In this document: one piece after another, positions 38,293 to 48,371 of the stretch
How the letters are laid out: each line of letters opens with the position of its first letter
Numbering within the stretch: the first letter of the stretch is position 1
Source of the DNA: Candidatus Omnitrophota bacterium
GTDB taxonomy: Bacteria > Omnitrophota > Gorgyraeia > 2-02-FULL-51-18
Reading direction: 5' to 3'
Length of the DNA: 64,000 nucleotides
Assembly: GCA_016197155.1 (NCBI GenBank)
Contig: JACPWF010000019.1
Location: 1,485 to 65,484, forward strand
The notes under the pieces: model-generated
Seen by the model: the letters and a program-made list of their open reading frames with translations, nothing else
The model's database searches: none
What the model was told of the DNA's origin: nothing
Made by a program: the position numbers and the translations under genes

Positions 38293-38323
38293 AAAACAAA
38301 ACCCCGCCTGGTGGGCGGGGTTT
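38293..38323 (-). terminator. Rho-independent terminator after rpoD
   Basis: Hairpin AAACCCCGCC-tggt-GGGCGGGGTTT followed by TTTTGTTTT on the minus strand. Confidence 0.7.
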
Positions 38324-38343
38324 GGCGACGGTCAGAGAGCGGA

Positions 38344-40137
38344 TTAAAATTCGGATTCTTCCCCCACTCCCAGCTCGAGAAAAGTTTTGAGCTTCCGCGA
38401 ACGGGTCGGGTGGCGGAGTTTCCGAAGCGCCTTGGCCTCGATCTGCCGGACTCTTTCGCGGGTCACGTTGAAAATGGATCCGACTTCCTCCAGCGTGCGC
38501 GGGTAGCCGTCGTTCACGCCGAAGCGCAGTTTGAGCACCTTGCGCTCTCTCTCGGTGAGCGTCGAGAGCACCTCGTCCATCTGCTCTTTCAGCATCGCGT
38601 AGGTCGTCGCGCTCGAGGGAGAAACCGCGCGCTTGTCCTCGATGAAATCGCCGAAATGCGTGTCGCCCTCGTCGCCGATCGGCGTCTGGAGCGAAATGGG
38701 CTCCTGCGCGATCTTCAAGATCTCACGCACTTTTTCGACGCCCATGCGCATGCGCTGGCCGATCTCTTCGGGCGTGGGTTCTTTGCCGGTCTCCTGAACG
38801 AGCGTGCGCGACACGCGGATGAGCTTGTTGATGGTCTCGGTCATGTGCACGGGAATGCGGATCGTGCGCGCCTGATCGGCGATCGAACGCGTCACCGCCT
38901 GCCGGATCCACCAGGTCGCGTAGGTGCTGAATTTGTAGCCGCGGCGGTATTCAAATTTATCGACGGCCTTCATGAGGCCGATATTGCCTTCCTGGATCAA
39001 ATCCAGAAACGACAGGCCGCGGTTGGTGTACTTCTTGGCGATGCTCACCACCAAACGCAGATTCGCTTCGACGAGTTCTTTCTTGGCCCTTTGATATTTA
39101 TTTTCCTTGCGGCGGATGCCCGCGTAGCGTTCCTTCAGGGCCTCATAATTTTTTTCGCCGAACGTCTCCAAAAGGTGGCGGCGTTCCTTCAGAAGCCTGC
39201 CGATTTCGAGGCGTTCTCTCCGGCGGCGGTGCCTCTCGATTTCGCGATCGATGCGGTCGATGCGCGTCACGGCGTCGCGGATGTCGTGAAAGATGTCCTC
39301 CACGATGCGCGCGCTAACGCGAAACTCCAAAAGAAGATTGAGCGTGTTGGTCGTGCGCTTGGCGCCGCGCAGACGCCGGGCCAGGATCTTGAGGCGCCGC
39401 AGGGTGCGCGGCGCGTTTTCGCGGAACTGGAGCTCCTCGTCGATGTATTCCTCGATCGTGTACTCCCGCTTCAAAAGTTTGTTGGTGAATTCCAGAATGT
39501 AGATGCGGGAATAAGAACACTCGAACACCGTTTTCCGGAACTCCAGCTCATCGGCCTCGATGCGCTTGGCCAGTTCCAATTCCTGCTCCCGCGTGAGGAG
39601 CGAAATCTGGCCCATCTGACGGAGATACATCCGCACCGGGTCATCCATCTGCTCGAGCCTGACCGGCGAAACGGCGGGGGCCTCTTCTTCCTTTTTGGCT
39701 TCGGGCCCGGCCTCCGAGAGCTCTTCGACTTCCCCGTCCTTGTCGCTTTCGGCGTCGGACGACTCCCCGTCTTTGGCCAAAGACTGCTCGGAATCCACCA
39801 CGTCGATCGACTGGCTCGTGAGCGTCACGAGCACGTCGTCGATCTCATCCGAGGAAGTGACATGGCTGGGCAGGATCTTGTTGATGTCGTCGTAGGTCAG
39901 AAAGCCTTTTTCTTTGCCCAGCGCGATGAGCTGGTCCACGCTTTTAGACTTCAGGCGCGTCCGGGTCTCCGGATCGGTCTCGGCGGAGACGGCCTCCCCC
40001 ACCAAAACCGCCGATTCCCTTTTCTCGACTGCCGGCTTCTTCGGGGAACGCAGAGGCTTCCTCGAAACTTTGCGGCGGACGGATTTTAGCCGGCGGCTTT
40101 TTTTCGCTTTGATTTTTTTCTTTTTATTTTTTTTCAT
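38344..40137 (-). CDS. rpoD: Primary sigma factor sigma70
   Basis: Region 1.1 ([13 protein letters not shown]); [12 protein letters not shown]; [13 protein letters not shown]; [14 protein letters not shown]; [10 protein letters not shown]. Confidence 0.98.
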   Translation of the reverse strand: MKKNKKKKIKAKKSRRLKSVRRKVSRKPLRSPKKPAVEKRESAVLVGEAVSAETDPETRTRLKSKSVDQLIALGKEKGFLTYDDINKILPSHVTSSDEIDDVLVTLTSQSIDVVDSEQSLAKDGESSDAESDKDGEVEELSEAGPEAKKEEEAPAVSPVRLEQMDDPVRMYLRQMGQISLLTREQELELAKRIEADELEFRKTVFECSYSRIYILEFTNKLLKREYTIEEYIDEELQFRENAPRTLRRLKILARRLRGAKRTTNTLNLLLEFRVSARIVEDIFHDIRDAVTRIDRIDREIERHRRRRERLEIGRLLKERRHLLETFGEKNYEALKERYAGIRRKENKYQRAKKELVEANLRLVVSIAKKYTNRGLSFLDLIQEGNIGLMKAVDKFEYRRGYKFSTYATWWIRQAVTRSIADQARTIRIPVHMTETINKLIRVSRTLVQETGKEPTPEEIGQRMRMGVEKVREILKIAQEPISLQTPIGDEGDTHFGDFIEDKRAVSPSSATTYAMLKEQMDEVLSTLTERERKVLKLRFGVNDGYPRTLEEVGSIFNVTRERVRQIEAKALRKLRHPTRSRKLKTFLELGVGEESEF

Positions 40138-41893
40138 TGGTTTTTCTCATTCCTTTATTCAATTCATCCAGTTCTCTCAAAAGTTTTCCGATCCGGTTTT
40201 GGTCACCCTGGCGCCCGGCCGACGAAATCTCGGAACGCAGGCCCTCGCGGCGCGTCTTCATGCGCGAAGCCCGCACCCACGCCAGGCAATCCTCAAAAGC
40301 TTTTTGTTTGTCCACCAGCGTCTCGGCCTCGGCGGAGGCGAGCGTGATCACCTGCGCCGACTCGGGGTCGTCTTTGTAAAAATTGACGGCCGCGGCCGCG
40401 GTGAGACCCGGCCCCTCCTCCGTCTTTTCCATTAAAAGTTCGGCGACCAAACGGCGCGCCACCGGGTGTTTGAAATCGGCCGCGGTGATTTCAGCGCGCG
40501 CCCTCCGCACAAAATCAAGATCGTCGAGCAAAAGGCCGACGAGCAGGCACTCGGCCGACGGCAGTTCCTTCTCCGGCAAAACCGGCGCGGCGGCGCGGAC
40601 ACCGCTTCTGGGGCCCTCTCTGGCCTTCCGGAGCTCGGCCAAAACCGCTTCTTCGGAAACGGAAAGCTCGCGCGCGAGCTCCTTGGTCCACGCCGCTCTC
40701 AAAACTTCGTTCGACACTTTGGAGAAGAGGGCCACCATCTCGCCGGCGATCTTCACCTTGCCTTCGACGGAGCGCGCGTCAAAGCGATCCTTTAAAAGCG
40801 ACAACTTGTAATCAAAGAGCGTTTGGGCGCGCGCCAGCGCCTCATTCAACTTCCCAGCGCCGAACCCGCGGATAAACGAATCGGGGTCATGCCCGCGCTC
40901 GAGGCGCACGATCTTGACCTCGAGACCTTCTTCCAGAAAAACCTCAAGCCCCCGCAGGGTCGCCATCTCGCCCGCCTTGTCGGCGTCGTAGAGGATCGTC
41001 ACATTCTGCGTGTGGCGTTTCAAAAGCCGCGCCTGATCCGGCGTGAGGGCCGTCCCGAGCGACGCCACCACGTGCGTGACGCCGGCCTGATGACAGGCCA
41101 GGAGGTCCATGTACCCTTCGACCACGATCACCGCGTCACGCTCGCGGATGGACTTTCTCGCCTGAAAAAGGCCGTAGAGATGACGGCCCTTCGTGTAAAT
41201 CTCCGTTTCGGGAGAATTTAAATATTTCGGCAGTGAATCGTCGAGCACCCGCCCGCCGAACGCGACGCAAATGCCCTTCGCGTCCAAAATCGGAAAAATG
41301 ATTCTCTGGCGGAACCGGTCGTAATGGCCCTCTTCTTTGCGCGGAATGACCAGGCCCGCGCGTTCCAGAACCGCCGCGGGAATTTCCGTCCTGAGCGCCC
41401 GGCTGAGCGCGTCCCACGAGTCCGAGGCCCAGCCGATTTTAAAATTTTGAATCGTCTCCGCCGAGATCCCGCGCTTTTCCAAATAGGCTCTCGCCCGCTC
41501 GGAATCTTTCCCGCCGAGAAGCGCCTTGTGATAAAACTCGAGCGCCCGCTGATTAGCCTTGAGGAGCAGGCTCGTCTTCTCCGACGCGGCGGCGAAGGCC
41601 TTGTCCTTCGGAATCTCGACGCCCGTTTTCTCCGCGAGCGTCTCGACCGCCTCCACAAAATCTTTTTTCTCGATCTTCATGAGAAATCCGAAAACGTTGC
41701 CGCCCGCGCCGCAACCGAAGCAGTGAAAAATCTGCTTGTCCGGACTCACCATGAACGACGGCGTTTTTTCCTGGTGGAACGGGCACGGCGCCTTAAAATT
41801 CCGCCCCGCGCGGCGAAGCGGCACGTACGCCGAGACCAGCTCCACGATGTCCACGCGGTCCTGGATTTGAGCGAGAACGCTGTCCGGGATCAT
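40124..41893 (-). CDS. dnaG: DNA primase
   Basis: CPFH..CFGC zinc finger; [18 protein letters not shown] and YDADKAG. Confidence 0.98.
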   Translation of the reverse strand: MIPDSVLAQIQDRVDIVELVSAYVPLRRAGRNFKAPCPFHQEKTPSFMVSPDKQIFHCFGCGAGGNVFGFLMKIEKKDFVEAVETLAEKTGVEIPKDKAFAAASEKTSLLLKANQRALEFYHKALLGGKDSERARAYLEKRGISAETIQNFKIGWASDSWDALSRALRTEIPAAVLERAGLVIPRKEEGHYDRFRQRIIFPILDAKGICVAFGGRVLDDSLPKYLNSPETEIYTKGRHLYGLFQARKSIRERDAVIVVEGYMDLLACHQAGVTHVVASLGTALTPDQARLLKRHTQNVTILYDADKAGEMATLRGLEVFLEEGLEVKIVRLERGHDPDSFIRGFGAGKLNEALARAQTLFDYKLSLLKDRFDARSVEGKVKIAGEMVALFSKVSNEVLRAAWTKELARELSVSEEAVLAELRKAREGPRSGVRAAAPVLPEKELPSAECLLVGLLLDDLDFVRRARAEITAADFKHPVARRLVAELLMEKTEEGPGLTAAAAVNFYKDDPESAQVITLASAEAETLVDKQKAFEDCLAWVRASRMKTRREGLRSEISSAGRQGDQNRIGKLLRELDELNKGMRKTNEKK

Positions 41894-41898
41894 GCCCG

Positions 41899-42429
41899 CT
41901 ATTTAGGAACCGAAAGCTGTGGCGACAATTTCGACAAAAAGTCGAACAGGAGCGGCGCGATCTGCGAAACCTTTTGGCCTGTCAAAGAACGCTCGTGGAT
42001 GTCGGATTTGAGAGACGCCATCGGCAGATACCCAATCCACATGAAAATCAAACTCAAAAGAACGACCCACCGGCACGCGCCGACGGCCGCACCCAGGATC
42101 CGGTAAAAAAATCCGCCCTCGCCCACTTTCAAAAGTTTGAGGACCAGCATCGTCAGGAGCTTCGTGACCAGAAACACCGCGATCAGAAGCCCGCCGAAGG
42201 CCGCCGCCTCGGCCGTCGTCTCGTTCAAAAAGGTTTTGAGCGTCAAAAACTGCGCGAGCGATTCATGAAAATGAAACGTGACGATCACCGTGACCAGATA
42301 CGAAAAAATTCTCAAAAGCTCCGGAAAAAAACCGGACCGGTAACCCACGTACAACCCGCGCAGGACCGCGACGAAGGCGATATAATCCGCCCACGTGAGT
42401 TTGGCGACCAGCTCTTTTAAATTTGAAAT
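41899..42429 (-). CDS. cvpA: CvpA (colicin V production) family membrane protein; start uncertain
   Basis: The reading frame extends upstream of TTG 42354 as KELVAKLTWADYIAFVAVLRGLYVGYRSGF. Also has RILGAAVG and four TM helices. Confidence 0.75.
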   Translation of the reverse strand: MSNLKELVAKLTWADYIAFVAVLRGLYVGYRSGFFPELLRIFSYLVTVIVTFHFHESLAQFLTLKTFLNETTAEAAAFGGLLIAVFLVTKLLTMLVLKLLKVGEGGFFYRILGAAVGACRWVVLLSLIFMWIGYLPMASLKSDIHERSLTGQKVSQIAPLLFDFLSKLSPQLSVPK

Positions 42430-42483
42430 GGCGCACCCGCTTTTACTTGAGAATTAAATCGCGAAGGGTCAAACGACAGTCGG

Positions 42484-42512
42484 AGTATAGCATCGAAAGT
42501 GGGGTTTGTCAA
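42484..42512 (-). promoter_or_regulatory. sigma70 promoter for cvpA-dnaG-rpoD
   Basis: TTGACA (42512-42507), 17 bp spacer, TATACT (42489-42484). Confidence 0.75.
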
Positions 42513-42559
42513 ATTGTTAATCGATATAAATATTAAGTTTAAACAAACACGCCCCCATT

Positions 42560-43306
42560 TTATTCCCCAGTTTTAAGGGGAGAGTAGAAAAAATTAAGCG
42601 CCGACAACACAAACATCGCCGCGGTCTCACTGCGGAGAATGAGCGGCCCCAGGCTCACGGCCTTCGCGCCTTTCGCGAGCGCAAGTTTGGTTTCTCCCGG
42701 CGTGAAATCACCTTCGGGGCCGATAAAAAGAATCACTCTCTTCGCCGGATGATTTTGGAGGACGCTTTTCAGGCTCTGGGTTTTCACGGCGAGCGTCGGA
42801 AAAAGGACGAGGGCCTCGCCGCCGAGATTTCGCGTAAAATCCCCGAAAGGCCGCGCGGGATGGACGGCCGGCACGAGCGTTTGCCCGCATTGCTTACAGC
42901 TTTCCGCGGCGATCTTTTGCCAGCGCGCGAGCTTGGCCGCCCAGCGCTCTTTGGAAAGTTTGACCACACTGCGTTCGCACAAAAGCGGCTGGATCGAGGC
43001 GGCGCCGAGCTCCGCGGCCTTTTGGATGAGGAGGTCCATCGCGGCGGGTTTGAGGACGGAAACGGCCAGGCAAATGGGCACACCGGTTTCTAAAATTTTT
43101 CCGGAATCGTTTAAAATTTTCACGAACACGCGGCCCGATTTTATTTCGGAAACGAAACCGGAAAACTTTTTTCCTTTGCCGTCCAAAAGTTCGACGGCCT
43201 CGCCCGGCGCCAGGCGCAAAACCGAAAGCGCATGGCGGCTCTCTTTGGGATCGAGCGCGGCGAAACCGTTTTGAATGGACGCCTGATCAACCAGAAACCG
43301 GGGCAT
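42560..43306 (-). CDS. rsmE: 16S rRNA m3U1498 methyltransferase
   Basis: Motifs HALSVLRL, QKAAELG, ESCKQCG, IGPEGDF and LGPLILRSETA. Confidence 0.95.
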   Translation of the reverse strand: MPRFLVDQASIQNGFAALDPKESRHALSVLRLAPGEAVELLDGKGKKFSGFVSEIKSGRVFVKILNDSGKILETGVPICLAVSVLKPAAMDLLIQKAAELGAASIQPLLCERSVVKLSKERWAAKLARWQKIAAESCKQCGQTLVPAVHPARPFGDFTRNLGGEALVLFPTLAVKTQSLKSVLQNHPAKRVILFIGPEGDFTPGETKLALAKGAKAVSLGPLILRSETAAMFVLSALNFFYSPLKTGE

Positions 43307-44204
43307 GGTCTGAAAAACAATCCGAGGCGAGCGCTTCTTTGAGGGCCTGGCCCGAATCCTCACCCGGCGGAAAACGCCAGTCGGCTTCCTTGTCGACATT
43401 GAAAAGCACGAAGGCCTTTATTTCCTTCATCCGGCAGATCGTTTTCATCGCTTCGCGGATCCAACGGGCCTTCATGCCGGGCGCGCCGGAGGCCGAGCCG
43501 AATTCCGAAATCATGACGGGTTTTCCATACCGGAGAACGACGTCCCGGTATCGGCGCGCGAAGATCCGTTCAAAACTCACCCACCGGTTTTTTCCCCAAT
43601 TGTAGCCGTCAATCCCGACCAGATCCACGTAGCGGGCGCCGGGATAATAAAGGGAAAAATGGTTCTTTCCGGGCGCATCTTCCCAATTCACCGAAAAAAC
43701 CCATCGCGCGTTATCGACGCCGCGCGCCCTGAAGAAATCGACCACGTGGCGGTAAAGCGCGATGTATCGATCCCTTCCGACGGCGGGCCCCGACCAGGGG
43801 TACCAGTCTCCGTTGGCCTCGTGCGCGAAACGGATGTACACCTCGCCGGGCGCCGATTTCACGCGCGCGGCGAACGCCGCCAGATACGCGTCGTCCGCGC
43901 CGGCGAGAACCCGGCCGTAATCGATCCCTTTTTTGTCGGCGGTTGTCCACGGTTCCCAGGTCAGAAAAAGCCGTGACCCTTCCGCGTAAATATCGCGGAG
44001 CGATTCTCTGTCCGGCAGGGCATTCCAATCCAAAAAAACCATGACCAGCGCCGGTTTTTTTCCGTAATCTTCTTTAAACTTTTGAATGTCCGAGCGGCCG
44101 GGCCGGTCCGCCAAAAACGCGCCCGTGAGACAGGCCCGCTCGGAGGCGGCGGAGGCGCCCGAAAAAAGCAAGAAAACGGACAGCAGAAAAAGGTTTCGTC
44201 TCAA
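43287..44204 (-). CDS. Secreted glycoside hydrolase family 26
   Basis: Signal peptide; LTWEPW; IRFAHEANGDWYPW (acid/base Glu); YYPG..YVDLVGIDGYN; KPVMISEFG (nucleophile Glu). Confidence 0.9.
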   Translation of the reverse strand: MRRNLFLLSVFLLFSGASAASERACLTGAFLADRPGRSDIQKFKEDYGKKPALVMVFLDWNALPDRESLRDIYAEGSRLFLTWEPWTTADKKGIDYGRVLAGADDAYLAAFAARVKSAPGEVYIRFAHEANGDWYPWSGPAVGRDRYIALYRHVVDFFRARGVDNARWVFSVNWEDAPGKNHFSLYYPGARYVDLVGIDGYNWGKNRWVSFERIFARRYRDVVLRYGKPVMISEFGSASGAPGMKARWIREAMKTICRMKEIKAFVLFNVDKEADWRFPPGEDSGQALKEALASDCFSDHAPVSG

Positions 44205-44593
44205 CCGATCAATGCCTTGATCTTGACCAGGAGCAGATTCAAATCGAAGGGTTTGATGAAATAGGCGTCGGCGCCGTACTGCTGGATTTTTTCCCTGTCC
44301 TGCTGTTGGTGCAGGGCCGAGAGAACGATGATGGGCAGATTTTTAAACGCGCCGTCAAACTTGAGCATCCGGCAGACTTCAAAACCGTTGATCTTGGGAA
44401 GCATGAGATCGAGGATCACCAGATCCGGTTTTTCTTTTTTGACCTTTTGCAGGGCCTCCTCCCCGTCCTTGGCCAGGATCACTTCATAGCCGTTGACTTC
44501 CAAACGCACGGCCAGGACATTGGCGATATCCTGCTCGTCCTCGACGAGGAGGATTTTTTTCAGAAGAGTTTCTCTTTTTCTTGTTTCAGCCAT
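44201..44593 (-). CDS. Single-domain response regulator
   Basis: Motifs ILLVEDE, PDLVILDLMLP, PIIVLSA and KPF. Confidence 0.93.
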   Translation of the reverse strand: MAETRKRETLLKKILLVEDEQDIANVLAVRLEVNGYEVILAKDGEEALQKVKKEKPDLVILDLMLPKINGFEVCRMLKFDGAFKNLPIIVLSALHQQQDREKIQQYGADAYFIKPFDLNLLLVKIKALIG

Positions 44594-44751
44594 CGAAAGG
44601 CCTCCATGTTTTCGGTCATGAGCGGCAGGAGCTTGTTGCGGAGCGAGCGGTCATGGACCTCATTCAAAAGATCCGTGTGGATCACCAGCGTCTCTTTTAA
44701 AAGACCCTCCAGCTCCCCAAAATAATTTTTAAAATCTTCCTTAGTAAACAT
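44560..44751 (-). CDS. Small helical hypothetical protein (63 aa)
   Basis: MFTKEDFKNYFGELEGLLKE...; overlaps both neighbours, as in an operon. Confidence 0.6.
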   Translation of the reverse strand: MFTKEDFKNYFGELEGLLKETLVIHTDLLNEVHDRSLRNKLLPLMTENMEAFRWLKQEKEKLF

Positions 44752-44980
44752 CGCTTCGGCCGCCCTGCGCCTCTTTTTTGATTTCGCCGATGGCGTTCGC
44801 GTGTTTGGTCTGGATGACGGCGCGCGCCTGAAAATACTCGAGGATTTTCCGGCGGTCGGCCTCTCCGAGACCGCCAAAGGAAAGAGACGAGGCCATGTCG
44901 CGGTGAAAAAGCACGGCCAGACGTTTTTCAAGTTCAATGAGCGAGTCGAGAGCGAGGATCAGTTTTTCTTTTTGAATCAT
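44741..44980 (-). CDS. Small helical hypothetical protein (79 aa)
   Basis: Its ATG overlaps the GT2 stop (ATGA); predicted amphipathic helices. Confidence 0.6.
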   Translation of the reverse strand: MIQKEKLILALDSLIELEKRLAVLFHRDMASSLSFGGLGEADRRKILEYFQARAVIQTKHANAIGEIKKEAQGGRSDVY

Positions 44981-46800
44981 GGTTCGATTAGGCTTTCCAG
45001 TTGTCGCCGCTCTTCGCCGGCGATGGTCACGACGCCGATTTTGGTTTCCACGCGGCCGTCGCGTTTGCGGGCGCCGTGCGAAAAAATCTGCCCGTCAAAC
45101 ACCAGCGACCGTCCGTCTTTCAGAAGGACTTTGCACATGAGAAGCGCGCCGACCGGCGGCGGGCCGGACAAAAAAACGCCGAACCGCGTCACCCACGCCG
45201 ACGGATCGAGGTCCGCGTAGGCGCCGTTCTCAAGAATCTTGTAATCAAAACCGGCGCGCGGCCGAAGGCATCCCGTCCGCGCTCCCGGATCGGCTTCTTC
45301 ATTGAAATAGAACACACTGCCAAGAAGCAGAAAATGATAAAACGCCCAAAAGGCGTTTATCAATATAGCAGGCTGTCTCTCGTAAAGATACCGATTCGCG
45401 GCCCACACCACACCCGCGAAATTCAAAAACAGCATGCCCATCTGCGGCCACAGCGCCCGGTACGGCAGGGCCGCGGTCTTGGATTTGTCCGTGACGACAA
45501 ATTCCGCCTTCAGCCCCAATAGGGCGCGGAACGCCGCCCGGACGTAAACCGGAAACGCGACCACCCCCAGAAACTGGCCGACGGCCAAGTCTCTTATTCT
45601 ATAATTTCTCCGGCCAAGCGCAACGTAAAAAACAGCCAGCGGAAAAATCGCGTAGGGCAGAAAGGCGAAGAGATAAACGCTGGTGGGCAAATAGGAAGTC
45701 GGGATTCTGAAAAATAAATAGGCCAGCGGACAAAGCATGAGCACAAAATAGACGAATCCCACCAGATAATAGGACCCCGAGAGCGTGTATTCCCACATCT
45801 GGACGGGGCGCAGGCGGCAGCGGCCCAGAAAAATATCCAGCATCATTTTTCTGAAAACCGTGAGGGTCCCCATCGCCCAGCGGAACTGCTGTTTGAAAAA
45901 CCCGACGAGGTTTTCAGGCCCCAGGCCGAACGTCGAAACGTGCGCGTAATACAACGATTTCCAGCCGCGGTTGTGGAGCAGATAGGACGTCGAAAAATCT
46001 TCGGTGATCGTGGACTCGTCGAGACCGCCGACTTCCAGGAGCGCGGCGCGGCGAAAAATGACGTTCGTGCCACAGCTGAAAACCGCGTCGCGGCTGTTTT
46101 TGCCTTCGCAGATGTATTCGTAAAAAACCGCCTGCTCAAACGCGGCCCCGCGCGCGATCCGGCTGGCGTTCAAATTGGAATAAAATTGCGGCGTCTGGAC
46201 AAACGCCAGCCTGTCCGCCCCTTTAAAGAGCGGGACGAGCGTTTTCAAAAATGACGAGATCGGCCGCTGGTCCGCGTCAAAAATCGCCACGAAATCCTCC
46301 TTGAGGGTTTCCAGGCAGTCGTTCACGATCCCCGCCTTGGCCCCGTGGCGCGGCCGGGTCCGGCGGAACAGGACCAGGCCAAATTCGCGGCAGAGTCTTT
46401 CGGCCTCCTCTTTGTATTTTTCGTCGGAGCTGTCGTCGAGAAAATAAACGGTTTTGCGGGGGTAGTCGAGGCCCTTCAACGCGCTGAACGTCTCGCGCAG
46501 GACGGCCTCCGGCTCATGGCGCGCCGCCACTAAAACCGCGACGGACGGCGCGCCGAGCGGGTCCGCGTCGGCCGCGGGCGGGTCCGCGCGGGGCTCATCG
46601 ATCACCCGAAAGACGTTGATCACGTATCCGAAGGCGTGAACGAAAAGAAAAACTTCGCAGGCGACAAGCAGAAAGGAGAAAATTTTGTCCGGCGTGCGAT
46701 AGGACGCGAGAAAAAAACTCCCCGCTTTGGCGATGACGTAGACGAGGGCCGCCATCAAAAACAGGACCGTTGCCAAAAGGGACGAGGGCCTTCTCTTCAT
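44977..46800 (-). CDS. Processive GT2, cellulose synthase catalytic subunit (BcsA)-like
   Basis: DDS, HGAKAG, FDAD, QTPQ, FSCGT, TED and QQFRW motifs; TM helices; degenerate PilZ-like tail. Confidence 0.9.
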   Translation of the reverse strand: MKRRPSSLLATVLFLMAALVYVIAKAGSFFLASYRTPDKIFSFLLVACEVFLFVHAFGYVINVFRVIDEPRADPPAADADPLGAPSVAVLVAARHEPEAVLRETFSALKGLDYPRKTVYFLDDSSDEKYKEEAERLCREFGLVLFRRTRPRHGAKAGIVNDCLETLKEDFVAIFDADQRPISSFLKTLVPLFKGADRLAFVQTPQFYSNLNASRIARGAAFEQAVFYEYICEGKNSRDAVFSCGTNVIFRRAALLEVGGLDESTITEDFSTSYLLHNRGWKSLYYAHVSTFGLGPENLVGFFKQQFRWAMGTLTVFRKMMLDIFLGRCRLRPVQMWEYTLSGSYYLVGFVYFVLMLCPLAYLFFRIPTSYLPTSVYLFAFLPYAIFPLAVFYVALGRRNYRIRDLAVGQFLGVVAFPVYVRAAFRALLGLKAEFVVTDKSKTAALPYRALWPQMGMLFLNFAGVVWAANRYLYERQPAILINAFWAFYHFLLLGSVFYFNEEADPGARTGCLRPRAGFDYKILENGAYADLDPSAWVTRFGVFLSGPPPVGALLMCKVLLKDGRSLVFDGQIFSHGARKRDGRVETKIGVVTIAGEERRQLESLIEP

Positions 46801-46808
46801 GAGCGCCG

Positions 46809-48371
46809 CTAGAAAATCTTGTCCATCAAAAGCTCGACGCTTTTGTCGTGGTACACGTCGGCGCTGGCGCGCGTGAGCGTCCCCCGCAGGGACCAATAAA
46901 AATCACGGTCAAGCTCCCAGTGAATCTCCGCCATCAGGTGATGGCCGACGATGTCCTGTGAATCGAGCGATCCCTCGTAGCGAATCTCCGTGTAGAGGTC
47001 CTTGGCGCCGAAATGCAGTTCCTCCCTGTTCCAGTATTGCCTCCAGGCCAGCGCCAGAGAATGCGTCCACAGACCCGAGGGTGAAAAATAATCGGGAACG
47101 CGGTCGTCAAAACCGAGGGATGCCGAGCGGTAGGTCAAAGACACGCGGCTTGGCTCAAAGGAAAAAAAGTAGGTGGCGTCCCAGCCCGGGCTTTGTTTTT
47201 CGTTGTCGTCCGAGATCTTTGAGAAAAGATAATCCACGCCCCACTCCAGACGCTGGCCCGCGCGTCCCTCCAGGCGGACTTTGAAATCATCGCCGGTCAG
47301 GCCTTTTCGAATAACGCCGCCGGCGTTGTCCAGGCGGTTGTGCCCGTACGAAAACAGGACCGTCGCCGCGTCGGACAAACGTTTTTCGAGACTGACTCCG
47401 AAAAGATCGCGCGAGGGAACATCGCGGTTGGCGGTGACGGCGGCAAAAAACGCGTCGAGGCGGTACCGGGGCGCGTCGGCGTAGGAAAACCAGATCCGAT
47501 TTTCATTTTCCGTGATCCGCCTGAAATCCGAGAAAAACCGGCGGCCCACCTCGTCTCGCACGCCCAGCGTCAATTGATCGTCCACGGGAACGCGGAGCGC
47601 GTTGAAAAAAACACCGCGGTGGACGTCGCTCTGGCGGCTTCTGCTTCTGGCCTCGAGAAAATAAGCGCCGGATGTCCAGGCCGGGCGCTCGCTGACCAAC
47701 TTCGCCTTCTCAAGGCCTTCCTGAGCCTGAACGTGGCGCGGCAGGGTTTTCAGAATTTTTTCGTATTCGCTCTTGGCCTCGGGCCACATCGAATGGCCGG
47801 CATACAGCTCTCCCAGGTCAAAGCGCGCCTCAAAATTTTCCGGGTCTTCTTTCACGAGCGCTTCGTAAGCGCCCATGGCCCGGATCCCCTGGCGGCGCCA
47901 ATAGAACTGTTTGGCCTCGAGCTCACGCTCAACTTTTTTGTCCGGCGATTCTCCGAGAATTTTTTTGTATTCGGCCTCGGAGGCCTCATACCGCCTGGCC
48001 CAGCTGAGGATGCGGGCTTTTTGCAGGCGGATCCCAGGCTCTTCCTTTTTTTCCAAAATCTCATCGTACAGCCTCAGCGATTCGTCGTATCGGCGGGTGT
48101 AGGCGCAGAGGATCGCGAGCTTATTCTTGGCCTCGAGATTCTCCGGCTCTTCGGTTAAAATTTCTTGATACGTGCGGATCGCCTTGCCGTATTCCCCGCC
48201 GGACAGCTGGGTCTCCGCCAAAAGCGCGCGGGCTTCCCGGGCCTGGGCCTTCACGTCGATTTTCTGCTCAAAGGCAAAGGCCTCATCCTCCTGAATCTCG
48301 CAAAAAGCGGGCCGGGCCGCGAGAACCCCCGCCGCCGCCGCCAAAAATAAAATCACGCCCCGGGTCTTCAA
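46809..48371 (-). CDS. TPR + C-terminal beta-barrel export protein (BcsC/PgaA-like)
   Basis: Signal peptide, several TPRs, then alternating-pattern beta strands (DYFSP motif) ending in Phe. Confidence 0.72.
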   Translation of the reverse strand: MKTRGVILFLAAAAGVLAARPAFCEIQEDEAFAFEQKIDVKAQAREARALLAETQLSGGEYGKAIRTYQEILTEEPENLEAKNKLAILCAYTRRYDESLRLYDEILEKKEEPGIRLQKARILSWARRYEASEAEYKKILGESPDKKVERELEAKQFYWRRQGIRAMGAYEALVKEDPENFEARFDLGELYAGHSMWPEAKSEYEKILKTLPRHVQAQEGLEKAKLVSERPAWTSGAYFLEARSRSRQSDVHRGVFFNALRVPVDDQLTLGVRDEVGRRFFSDFRRITENENRIWFSYADAPRYRLDAFFAAVTANRDVPSRDLFGVSLEKRLSDAATVLFSYGHNRLDNAGGVIRKGLTGDDFKVRLEGRAGQRLEWGVDYLFSKISDDNEKQSPGWDATYFFSFEPSRVSLTYRSASLGFDDRVPDYFSPSGLWTHSLALAWRQYWNREELHFGAKDLYTEIRYEGSLDSQDIVGHHLMAEIHWELDRDFYWSLRGTLTRASADVYHDKSVELLMDKIF

